Below are positions 1-7,512 of a stretch of 31,821 bases of DNA, piece by piece. Within the stretch, counting starts at the first letter, position 1, and each line of letters opens with the position of its first letter. The DNA lies in the IMG/VR virus record IMGVR_UViG_3300020016_000030, positions 1-31,821 of that record; one strand, written 5' to 3'. This stretch comes from a virus (Duplodnaviria > Caudoviricetes). A model generated the notes under the pieces. The model ran no database searches. It was not told where the DNA came from and saw nothing but the letters and a program-made list of their open reading frames with translations. A program made the position numbers and the translations under genes.

Positions 1-2
1 GT

Positions 3-11
3 GCATACGTG
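3..11 (+). repeat. Terminal direct repeat GCATACGTG, left copy
   Basis: Identical to 31813-31821. Confidence 0.9.
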
Positions 12-78
12 TTACCGTATCCACTTTTTTATGAAACTTCCTTGAGAGTTGTCTTTTTGTATAAATTTGCTCAACCAT
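4..78 (-). CDS. terS: Terminase small subunit, N-terminal HTH part (continues at 31816)
   Basis: Translates MVEQIYTKRQLSRKFHKKVDTVTRM. The last ATG (6-4) lies in the terminal repeat and equals the ATG at 31816-31814. The pattern resembles the Nu1-type HTH start. Confidence 0.8.
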
Positions 79-170
79 ATATGAATATGTATTTATGTAT
101 AATCGCTAACTTACTTTTTCCCACTTTTGGGAAATCGGGGAAACCACGCAAAAAATCGTAGCAGGTGTCT

Positions 171-208
171 TTAACGCCGGTCGGCGATTAAGCGTCGGCA
201 GAGGACCC
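171..208 (-). other. Putative cos (packaging) site: cosQ-like GGGTCCT plus palindrome
   Basis: GGGTCCT on the minus strand at 208-202. Near-palindrome TTAACGCCG-GT-CGGCG(A)TTAA at 171-191. GC-rich island about 100 bp upstream of terS, and TerL is GpA type. Confidence 0.55.
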
Positions 209-304
209 CTATCGGGGCCAGCGTTGATCCAATGCGCCTCAATTCTCTGTCTGGTCATCGCCACGTTCACTTATGGCGCACTTGATTGACAGTCTCTCTC
301 CACA

Positions 305-496
305 TTACAGGCCCCTTCTCTTTGGCGTAGTAATGAAGTCAATACCACATAGTTTCTGTATCTTGCTCTCGATGGTTAATGTACGGAAAATAGGCGCCAT
401 ATCCTGTAATAATGATAGGTGTATCACATCTTCAGACACCACTTGGCCATTAGCGTTGTAGTAGGTTAATGCTATTACGTTTGTTTTATCTGTCAT
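305..496 (-). CDS. Hypothetical protein (63 aa)
   Basis: ATGA overlap with the stop of the LAGLIDADG gene. Confidence 0.6.
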   Translation of the reverse strand: MTDKTNVIALTYYNANGQVVSEDVIHLSLLQDMAPIFRTLTIESKIQKLCGIDFITTPKRRGL

Positions 497-1446
497 AAGT
501 TATCAAACTTTCTTTTCTTATTCTTTCCATAAATAGTGGCACCGTCATAAAGCCAATTTCCTATATCTATGGCAGATGGTCCGTTGACTATTAAGCAGTA
601 GCCTGACCATTTATCCCAATTATGTTTTCTTTGACCGTTCTTAATAATGGAGCAATGACAATTGAAAAGGTTTTCCAATTTTCCTTTTATACCGAGCAAG
701 AAAGGTTTTGTTGAAGCTATGTTAAATATTGGCCTTTTGTTTTTCTTATCAAATAACCAGCTCCCGTTTCCGTCGTTGTAGCCTCTGAGGAAATGCCTGA
801 ATTGGTCGTCTGTCAGGTCATTTAGCCATTTGGGGTATTTCAAATAATAGCTTTTATTTACCACGCACCCCAAATCTCTTAGCCTCCTATTGAAATATTT
901 AGAGCAAACAATCAAGGAATAACAATCTTTGCAGTTCTTGTTTTTGGCTTTTGAATGTAGATATATTCTATGTTTTGATTTAAGGAATGACCTGAAATCC
1001 TCAAGCAAATGATAGTATGGCGTTGTGAGTGATAAATCAACCCTGTATCCTTCTTTATTAACGCAACCATCCGCAAATAATAATCCCAAGAAGTACAACT
1101 GGTGTTCGGTTGTTGGATTATCAAAACAATGTATGTCAAACTTTGGTATCTGTGTTGCAATATTATTGACTCTCTTTATGTAAATCAAGTCACTGGCTGA
1201 TATACCGTGCTTCTTTGCAATGGCACTGCCCGAATATTTGTTTAGTGTAATGTCAGCAACGATACGTTCGTTTCTTTCTTTTCTATACTGTCTAAGGAAT
1301 ATATTATGTCGTTTAAGTAATAACTGAAATGCTACTTGACTGTAGTAAGGTGCGTATTCTTTTCGGCATGAATCTATGGTAGCACCGCCAATCAATTTGG
1401 CTTTGATGTCGGTTAGTTGTTCAGGACTTGGCTTAAAGTGGCGCAT
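493..1446 (-). CDS. Two-motif LAGLIDADG homing-endonuclease-family protein with N-terminal HTH-like region
   Basis: Motifs FLGLLFADG and LRGYNDGNG. N-terminal SGSAIAKKHGIS HTH-like segment. Confidence 0.85.
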   Translation of the reverse strand: MRHFKPSPEQLTDIKAKLIGGATIDSCRKEYAPYYSQVAFQLLLKRHNIFLRQYRKERNERIVADITLNKYSGSAIAKKHGISASDLIYIKRVNNIATQIPKFDIHCFDNPTTEHQLYFLGLLFADGCVNKEGYRVDLSLTTPYYHLLEDFRSFLKSKHRIYLHSKAKNKNCKDCYSLIVCSKYFNRRLRDLGCVVNKSYYLKYPKWLNDLTDDQFRHFLRGYNDGNGSWLFDKKNKRPIFNIASTKPFLLGIKGKLENLFNCHCSIIKNGQRKHNWDKWSGYCLIVNGPSAIDIGNWLYDGATIYGKNKKRKFDNL

Positions 1447-1467
1447 GTAATAAAAAGATTCTAAAAG

Positions 1468-1509
1468 ATAAATATATTAAGGAGCAATCAAACCACTTGT
1501 TATATTTAT
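1468..1509. promoter_or_regulatory. Back-to-back TATTTAT motifs (putative late-type promoters) for divergent genes
   Basis: TATTTAT on minus at 1474-1468 and on plus at 1503-1509, the latter 4 nt before ATG 1514. Confidence 0.45.
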
Positions 1510-1513
1510 CAAT

Positions 1514-2122
1514 ATGAATAATCAGGACAAAATACAAGTGAGGCGTGTTATGGAATTGGCTGCTCGGTGCTACAATCAAATACTGTATTTAGGGAAAATG
1601 ATAGGTTCAAACAATGAGCAGGCAGAGGCGGCGTTCAATTCAGCTTTGGATTACCACAATCAATTAGCAGCGGCGTTACAAGTGTTATTAAATCCAAACA
1701 TCATACAAATAAAAGAGCGAAGGGCAACCGCAGAGGAAATTGTTGACCTTGAGCAATTGATGAAAGAAATCGGAGAGGATGACTCAACAACAGAGGAAGC
1801 ATACGACCCTGACTTGGCTTTCGCTAATACACCAGAATCCCTTTTGGCGTATTTGAATGGCGAAGACGTGGATTCAGACGAAGAAGACGCCGGAGACGTT
1901 CTTGATGACGATGGCGCACAAAGGGCGGTCATCAAAGAAGCCATTAAAAGATTGAATGGCATATCTCAAGCACCACAAGAAACCGACAATCTGACCTATG
2001 AGCAACTTGAGCAGGAAAATAACATAACATTTGCGGTGAAAGTTCTAAAAACTATAGATAGGCGGATTACTCAGTGGCAACTTTACCGCGGCGACGATGG
2101 CGTTTGGAGGAAGGGCGAATGA
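1514..2122 (+). CDS. Hypothetical acidic protein (202 aa)
   Basis: Long ORF with a D/E-rich central linker and helical ends. Confidence 0.75.
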   Translation: MNNQDKIQVRRVMELAARCYNQILYLGKMIGSNNEQAEAAFNSALDYHNQLAAALQVLLNPNIIQIKERRATAEEIVDLEQLMKEIGEDDSTTEEAYDPDLAFANTPESLLAYLNGEDVDSDEEDAGDVLDDDGAQRAVIKEAIKRLNGISQAPQETDNLTYEQLEQENNITFAVKVLKTIDRRITQWQLYRGDDGVWRKGE

Positions 2123-2304
2123 AAAAGTTTACCGAGCACTTAAATGTTGAGTTGACCAGCAGCGTTTTCGGCACAATGATTTTCAGGTTTGTCAAAGGCG
2201 GTAAGCGTGGTAATGAATTGTTTTTGTTAAGTCCAAGGCGTATTAAGCCTTTATCAAAAAAAAGAAGAGCATCCAAAATTGAGAAAGAAGATGAATGCTC
2301 TTAA
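2119..2304 (+). CDS. Small basic hypothetical protein (MKKFTEHL..., 61 aa)
   Basis: ATGA overlap with the upstream stop and GGAGG upstream. Start moved from 2074 to 2119. Confidence 0.55.
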   Translation: MKKFTEHLNVELTSSVFGTMIFRFVKGGKRGNELFLLSPRRIKPLSKKRRASKIEKEDECS

Positions 2305-2339
2305 TATAATACATTATCATATTGTAGTATGGCAACATG

Positions 2340-2419
2340 ATACATTTATGAATTTAGAAGAAATCATTTGAAGAAACTCTGTGATTGCCACAGCGACGAT
2401 TTCTGTTAATCAATAAGTA
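2340..2419 (-). ncRNA. Candidate small structured RNA behind a TACTTAT motif
   Basis: TACTTATTGATT (2419-2408) is identical to 10212-10201. Stem AGAAATC/GATTTCT encloses hairpin CTGTG-GCAAT-CACAG. No ORF. Confidence 0.25.
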
Positions 2420-2438
2420 TGGCAATCAGGCGTCTTTC

Positions 2439-2945
2439 TTATGGTATATCGTATAACGGCACCCCATACTTTAATTGAATACCATTGGTAAAAGCATCTT
2501 TCAATGAATCGTCGGGATTACCCCCGATCCCTACCCCGTTTATATCAAATAACACGGGATGTTTATAGTCAGCATTCCAGACGGTTGAGTGTTTATCGCT
2601 AGTCAAGATGTACCATTTAGTTTGAGGGTATGCTGTAGAAGCAACATACCACCCCAAATCAGCCAGCCAATGACAAGCGCCGTGGCAAACGTAGTCCCAG
2701 AATGCTGGTTGTGGTCCACGTCTGCCTCTGTTCCATCTCCAATCACAGGAATCAAAGTCGGATGGAAATTGTGCTTTACCTACGTGGTATTTACGACCGA
2801 TTGCCGCTGCCCTTTGATTGGCATAATTCATCATGTGTGGTTTCCAAATACCATAAGCAGTTTTGGACCTGAATATAGGTCCAAGGTATTTCCAATCTTT
2901 TTGAATATCTATGTAGTTAGCATTTTTGTAGTATGGGCGTTTCAT
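2439..2945 (-). CDS. Hypothetical protein, possible papain/transglutaminase-fold Cys-His-Asp enzyme
   Basis: GACHW...KHSTVW...LFDI spacing. Confidence 0.6.
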   Translation of the reverse strand: MKRPYYKNANYIDIQKDWKYLGPIFRSKTAYGIWKPHMMNYANQRAAAIGRKYHVGKAQFPSDFDSCDWRWNRGRRGPQPAFWDYVCHGACHWLADLGWYVASTAYPQTKWYILTSDKHSTVWNADYKHPVLFDINGVGIGGNPDDSLKDAFTNGIQLKYGVPLYDIP

Positions 2946-2954
2946 AATCTCCTT

Positions 2955-4010
2955 TTAGCGAGCAACCAAATCCTTAACTTCAACCGGCGAGCTTTCTGTA
3001 GCACCCTCCGTTTGTTTATTATCAACATTAACGACTTCCACAAACTCTGCCGCGGGATCCTCAAAATAGAATCTTGGAAATTTTTCCCCCTTCTTAAATC
3101 GGATGTAACCTTCCTCTGATGTGGCTTTCTTACCTGTTCTTTTGCCATTTCTACTTTTTCTAGTCGGGCTCTTTTCCTTCATTTCGGCCAAACCTCTCTT
3201 GAAAGCGTTATACACCTTTATCAACATCGCTAGTTTGATCCTTACAGGGAAAGGTTGTTCGTGTTTATCGTTTTGATTGCCAATAAGAATTTGCCTCAAC
3301 TGACCAACATAAGATGGAAATATTATTGATGACGATTGACCCGAATACATAAACTTTATGAACTCCGCCGCGTCTTTCCTATCCTCTATTTTTTCAGATG
3401 CTAAAATAAGAAAAGTAGATCCAACTTGTTCGGTCAGCAGCGAACACTTTGCGGTTGTTATCATTTCTTTATACATTTCTTTAACCTTCTCAATACTTTC
3501 CTGCAACATTACATAATTCTCTTTGAGATACTTGAACCTATGGGAATTGATTTCTTGTGTGAACCCCGGACTACGAATGGAGATCTTGCGAGCGTCGTAT
3601 TTTAATATGAGATTTATTATCATACCTATCATACGAGAATTTGGGACATCTGGACCACAGATGTCGGAAAAGCTTCTTGGAATGCTTTGAATATCTATAA
3701 CGTTCCACATATTATGGTCGTTGGTTCTCATTATTGAATGATCTTGAGATACCACCATTTCCGGCTCCATAGATGCTGCCTTTATCAAAGCCTGCAATCT
3801 ATGATGTCCATTTGCTAACTCATCGTCTATGAAAACTATCGAATCGTTATTTAATTGGGATTGTCCTTTCCTCTCAATAATTTCAGAAGCCAATTTGTCC
3901 ACATGAGCTTGTCTCAACGGCCTTTGTTTGGGATATAGTTTCTTCACGTATTCTTCGGCCTGTTTAAGCGTGATCGTTTCTTTTGTTTGATTGTAATAAT
4001 ATTCTGTCAT
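2955..4010 (-). CDS. ParB/Srx-like N-terminal domain protein
   Basis: QRPL...V.KLA...IVF...LANGHHRLQA (DGxHR-type motif). Start moved to ATG 4010, which has RBS AGAAAGG, because 4048-4076 is a promoter. Confidence 0.7.
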   Translation of the reverse strand: MTEYYYNQTKETITLKQAEEYVKKLYPKQRPLRQAHVDKLASEIIERKGQSQLNNDSIVFIDDELANGHHRLQALIKAASMEPEMVVSQDHSIMRTNDHNMWNVIDIQSIPRSFSDICGPDVPNSRMIGMIINLILKYDARKISIRSPGFTQEINSHRFKYLKENYVMLQESIEKVKEMYKEMITTAKCSLLTEQVGSTFLILASEKIEDRKDAAEFIKFMYSGQSSSIIFPSYVGQLRQILIGNQNDKHEQPFPVRIKLAMLIKVYNAFKRGLAEMKEKSPTRKSRNGKRTGKKATSEEGYIRFKKGEKFPRFYFEDPAAEFVEVVNVDNKQTEGATESSPVEVKDLVAR

Positions 4011-4047
4011 AACTGTTGTATTTACCTTTCTTTGATTTTGTGGAAAC

Positions 4048-4076
4048 ATCATATCAAACACAAATATGGAAATCAA
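4048..4076 (-). promoter_or_regulatory. Sigma70-type promoter
   Basis: TTGATT-17-TATGAT with TTTGA directly before the -10. Confidence 0.6.
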
Positions 4077-4114
4077 ACCGCTTCATTATTTTATTTTGAC
4101 TTGGTTCTGGCATA

Positions 4115-4256
4115 CAAAAAGAAAAACCGATCAACAACAGGTTGACCGGCTTTTCGATTTATGAACTTACCCCAACAAACAAACTTGTGATTGAAATGAG
4201 CAACCGATTGTTTTTGCTAAGAAGCAAACTTTAATCTTTTCAAACCTTCACAATGA
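4115..4256 (-). ncRNA. Candidate ~140-nt small RNA with its own promoter and terminator
   Basis: Lies between promoter 4290-4262 and terminator 4154-4116. Nested pairings TTGTGA/TCACAA, TTGAAA/TTTCAA, GATT/AATC and TTTGCT/AGCAAA. No ATG-started ORF. Confidence 0.5.
4116..4154 (-). terminator. Rho-independent terminator
   Basis: AAAAGCCGGTCAAC-CTGTT-GTTGATCGGTTTTT followed by CTTTTT. Confidence 0.75.
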
Positions 4257-4261
4257 TTGAG

Positions 4262-4290
4262 AGTATATCAAAGGCGGTCGGAGTGGTCAA
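4262..4290 (-). promoter_or_regulatory. Strong sigma70-type promoter
   Basis: TTGACC-17-TATACT. Shares the 16-mer CGCCTTTGATATACTC with 7614-7629. Confidence 0.75.
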
Positions 4291-4299
4291 TTTGTTATA

Positions 4300-4623
4300 T
4301 TATTTCTTCCTTGGAAACAGATCATTTTTTGTGTGGTAGGTTACACTTGAAAATAGGGCGTTCAGCGTCTTGTAGCCTGTTCTGGATGCGGACATCCTCA
4401 CAAACTCCGCCAGTTCTGCGCCTAACCCTTCTGGCAAGACGAACCAGCGTTCCTCTACCTTCCACTTCCTTTTCATCTTAACTCTGCGGGCAACCCTTCT
4501 TAGTTTATATCCGTGTATCAGGTGGGTCGTATCGGCGACAACATCCTCGGGCAGGTCCGTTACGGGCATTTCAAAGAAAGCGTTAAAAGCAGCTTCAGTC
4601 ATAACCAAAAAACGGGTTGTCAT
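4300..4623 (-). CDS. Hypothetical protein (107 aa)
   Basis: Last ORF of a tightly coupled minus-strand operon. Confidence 0.6.
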   Translation of the reverse strand: MTTRFLVMTEAAFNAFFEMPVTDLPEDVVADTTHLIHGYKLRRVARRVKMKRKWKVEERWFVLPEGLGAELAEFVRMSASRTGYKTLNALFSSVTYHTKNDLFPRKK

Positions 4624-4798
4624 CCTCTTTAGATTTTTCGGGCAACTTGGGAAATATTAGCATGTGAGAGTTACCAGCCTTGGCGTTGTTTCGTATCTCG
4701 ACAATCCTTTGTTTTCTTCTTTTAGATTGATAAGGATTTATAGGCATTGCATGACCACAACCTTTGTGTTTGAAACATTCTGGAACGAAGCGTCTCAT
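4595..4798 (-). CDS. Small basic hypothetical protein
   Basis: ATGA overlap with the upstream gene. Confidence 0.5.
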   Translation of the reverse strand: MRRFVPECFKHKGCGHAMPINPYQSKRRKQRIVEIRNNAKAGNSHMLIFPKLPEKSKEDDNPFFGYD

Positions 4799-4989
4799 AT
4801 CAATCCTCTTTTTCTTTTTATTTCATTCCAACTATTACGTACGGTTGTAGTTAATTGTTGCTGTTTATGGTAACATTGCTTACATAGAGCAACTTCAATG
4901 TATTCTAAACTTCTTGGCAACCGTTCCTTGATTATGTATTGTGCTTTATCAGCACCACAATCTTGGCAAATATATTGTTCTTCATTCAT
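4795..4989 (-). CDS. Small Zn-finger protein
   Basis: CQDC...LCKQC and ATGA overlap with the upstream gene. Confidence 0.6.
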   Translation of the reverse strand: MNEEQYICQDCGADKAQYIIKERLPRSLEYIEVALCKQCYHKQQQLTTTVRNSWNEIKRKRGLI

Positions 4990-5318
4990 ACTTCCAAAAT
5001 CCTTTTCGTAAACTTATCATAATTAACATCCAGTTTATTTATGCAAGATGGATCACCTTCACATGGGCATATTTCTTTAATACGATTCATTGATTTGAGA
5101 ATCATTTCAGACATATCAAGTTTACCAGACAAAACACAGAATTGAATCTCAGCGTCTTTAATCTTTTTATTAAGAATAGAATTATCGCTTGTTGATTGAT
5201 TCCTACGATCTACGAAAAAATGAATATCCTCCAAGCAAGAATCTTTTTCCTTTTGAAAGCATTCAATTGCTCTTTTTAGATATACCTTTACAATTGCTTC
5301 TTGTGCGTTATTTAGCAT
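4986..5318 (-). CDS. Hypothetical coiled-coil protein (110 aa)
   Basis: SD AAGGAG and upstream promoter 5374-5346. Confidence 0.65.
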   Translation of the reverse strand: MLNNAQEAIVKVYLKRAIECFQKEKDSCLEDIHFFVDRRNQSTSDNSILNKKIKDAEIQFCVLSGKLDMSEMILKSMNRIKEICPCEGDPSCINKLDVNYDKFTKRILEV

Positions 5319-5345
5319 ATTATATTTCTCCTTGTAATAATAACT

Positions 5346-5374
5346 ATTCTATCAAATCAGTTGACCGACTTCAA
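5346..5374 (-). promoter_or_regulatory. Sigma70-type promoter
   Basis: TTGAAG-17-TAGAAT with TTTGA before the -10. Confidence 0.6.
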
Positions 5375-5401
5375 TTTATTATATTCATGGGAAGGGGGAA
5401 C

Positions 5402-5602
5402 TCATCTCATTGCTTTCAATAAAATCTTAAATGTACCTTTTGAGAAATATGGAAACTCTATTTTTAGTTGCCTTAATGAAACATAAGGATTATTGCTAAT
5501 ATATTTTATTACTCTTATTCTTGACCAAACCTTTCTGCTTGAATAAAAAGTCCTTGATGGATATGCTTTATCCAATACCTCAATTGCTTCCTCATTTGTC
5601 AT
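5402..5602 (-). CDS. Small basic HTH-like protein, probably on a leaderless mRNA
   Basis: IKYISNNPYVSLRQLKIEFPYFSKGTF is HTH-like. ATG lies 7 nt after TATAAT. Confidence 0.55.
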   Translation of the reverse strand: MTNEEAIEVLDKAYPSRTFYSSRKVWSRIRVIKYISNNPYVSLRQLKIEFPYFSKGTFKILLKAMR

Positions 5603-5609
5603 AGGCACT

Positions 5610-5638
5610 ATTATATTTCATTCCGAATCTGCCATCAA
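5610..5638 (-). promoter_or_regulatory. Sigma70-type promoter
   Basis: TTGATG-17-TATAAT. Confidence 0.65.
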
Positions 5639-5816
5639 GATATTTTAACTGACCGGCGCGGAACAGCGCAGCCCAATTTCCTTGATTTCGCGGTTGTTTC
5701 TTGGCGCGGAATAGGGGCGGAGCCCCACAACATACTGAATTGGGAAGGGGACAAAAAAAGACCCTGAAAAAGGACATCGCCTTTAATATAAAAACCAGAA
5801 GCACTGAAATCCTGTA

Positions 5817-6428
5817 TTACCATCTTTTTTTAGTTTTCAAAGAAGACGCAGCTTCTTTTTGCATCTTCTCTAGTTTTAGATAATTTATTATACTATCGTC
5901 AATAGGATTAAAGTCCTCAATCTTTACCTTTTGTTTTTCTAATTCTTTTCTGGCTTTAAAGTCCTCTAAAGCAATCCCAGCTTGCTCAAGTTTTTGTAAT
6001 AGTTCTTTATTATAGTTTTCAGATTTTCCATTTTGGAAAGTACAAGTACTTCCAGTAGTACTAGTACTAATATTTGTACTTCTATTTGTACTTTCCATTT
6101 TGGAAACTTTTTCTTTCCATTTTGGAAAATCTTGGGTAGATTTGGATTTAGTATTTTCCATTTTGGAAAACATCCATATCAGGAACTCTTGACGTTTGAA
6201 TACGTAGTGATGGGTTTCAGTTTTGATGACCCATCCTTTTTCTATTAGTTTAGATAAAGTCCTGTGAAGTGTGCCCATTGATAAAGCAGTATTATTTACT
6301 ATATCAGTTAGGCTAAAATCCCATCCGGCAAGAGCACTCCTATGGACTAAATAATCTAATAAGCAATTTTCATTAGCCGTCAAATATTTCTGGACTTGTA
6401 TATCTATTCTGTTTATTTCTTCTCTCAT
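5817..6428 (-). CDS. Putative replication initiator (N-terminal winged HTH, iterons inside the gene)
   Basis: FSLTDIVNNTALSMGTLHRTLSKLIEKGWVIK wHTH followed by a linker encoded by iterons, the lambda O-type arrangement. Confidence 0.75.
   Translation of the reverse strand: MREEINRIDIQVQKYLTANENCLLDYLVHRSALAGWDFSLTDIVNNTALSMGTLHRTLSKLIEKGWVIKTETHHYVFKRQEFLIWMFSKMENTKSKSTQDFPKWKEKVSKMESTNRSTNISTSTTGSTCTFQNGKSENYNKELLQKLEQAGIALEDFKARKELEKQKVKIEDFNPIDDSIINYLKLEKMQKEAASSLKTKKRW
6025..6169. repeat. Putative replication origin: four iterons TTTCCATTTTGGAAA
   Basis: Exact 15-mers at 6025, 6092, 6114 and 6155, each palindromic (TTTCCA-TTT-TGGAAA). An AT-rich GTAC-repeat spacer lies at 6040-6091. Confidence 0.8.
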
Positions 6429-7261
6429 AATTGTATAACCGTCTCTTTCTTCATTGGCTTTTCAGCGATATGCTTACTTAGTTTAATTATCTTTCCATTG
6501 CTGACTTCCATTACAAGGAAGCCGAAATTTGTTATTCCACCGCACTGCCTCTCTCCATAGGATGAGTTGATTTGAAGTGCTGGCGTGGTTATGGCGATTC
6601 GCCCGAGGGTTTCAAAGTAAGAGTAATAATGAACATGGCTCCTAATAAAGACATCCGCTTTCTCTCTGCCCTCAGCGGTTTCCTTAAGCATCGCAAATAG
6701 AATGTCTCTGCCGGGTGACGATGCCCTTGTGTGTGGTAATGAAGCAGAAGAAACTTTGTGTTTCAGGTCGAAGGTAACGCCCGATATTTTGACAAGCAAT
6801 CGCTCATCAATATTCTTGGCGTCTCCATTCCTAAAATCTCTAGCAATGATGTTCTCCCAGTCCTCTTGTTCGCCTGTGTGGTATGGAGTCCCGCGAGTGA
6901 ACAGAAACTTGACTGGTGTTTTGCCATTTAGAAAGTGAACTCGTCTCAAAACTTTGATGGCAATGTCTGACTGCTCCTCAAGGTTTGAAGTGATTAGCTC
7001 AATGCCACCGTTCTTTCTGGCACGTCCGTCAATCAGGTCACCATTATTCAGAACAACGTCAAATGGTCCGTGCTTCCTTATTCCATCCTCAAAGAACTGC
7101 CACGCTTTCTTTTGAAATTGATTAACACAGTGCTCGTGATGAGCTAAACCGAAACGGTGTCCAGAATGGAAATCGCTTAGGATTAGTATTCGCTTAGAGT
7201 GAGGATTTATTGACCGACAGACGCATAGATTCGGTCTGTCAGGTTTCTTTGTGGGAACCAT
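6425..7261 (-). CDS. Calcineurin-like metallophosphoesterase
   Basis: SDFH, NGDLIDG, RGTPYH, LKH and RSHVH motifs in the expected order. Confidence 0.85.
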   Translation of the reverse strand: MVPTKKPDRPNLCVCRSINPHSKRILILSDFHSGHRFGLAHHEHCVNQFQKKAWQFFEDGIRKHGPFDVVLNNGDLIDGRARKNGGIELITSNLEEQSDIAIKVLRRVHFLNGKTPVKFLFTRGTPYHTGEQEDWENIIARDFRNGDAKNIDERLLVKISGVTFDLKHKVSSASLPHTRASSPGRDILFAMLKETAEGREKADVFIRSHVHYYSYFETLGRIAITTPALQINSSYGERQCGGITNFGFLVMEVSNGKIIKLSKHIAEKPMKKETVIQL

Positions 7262-7374
7262 GTTTTCCTTCTCTTATTATAGTATGAAATTGGCTTCATA
7301 ATATTGTGTATGATACATTCTTAAATAGTGTGAAGCGATGAAAAAAGATATTTTAATTGTTTGAAGGATTATAG

Positions 7375-7512
7375 AAAAGATAAACCGGATGACACGCTAA
7401 TGCCATCCGGCTCAAATTTTGTGGGAGGTACCAATCTCCCACCACCAACCCAGAAGACTTCAACCAGAAAGAGAAGGCGCCGATGGAAGGCACCAGAACC
7501 AGTTGTTATCTT
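7375..7512 (-). ncRNA. Candidate ~135-nt small RNA behind a TACTTAT motif
   Basis: TACTTAT at 7523-7517. Hairpins GGTGCC-TTCCATC-GGCGCC and GTGGGAG-N8-CTCCCAC. Terminator CCGGATGGCA-N6-TGTCATCCGG-TTTATCTTTT. G-U pairs favour the minus strand. Confidence 0.5.

Noticed and set aside
5635-5823. 62-aa ORF overlapping the initiator stop
   Set aside because: No recognisable features. It runs through a GC-rich repeat/hairpin element and into the next promoter, so it was left uncalled.
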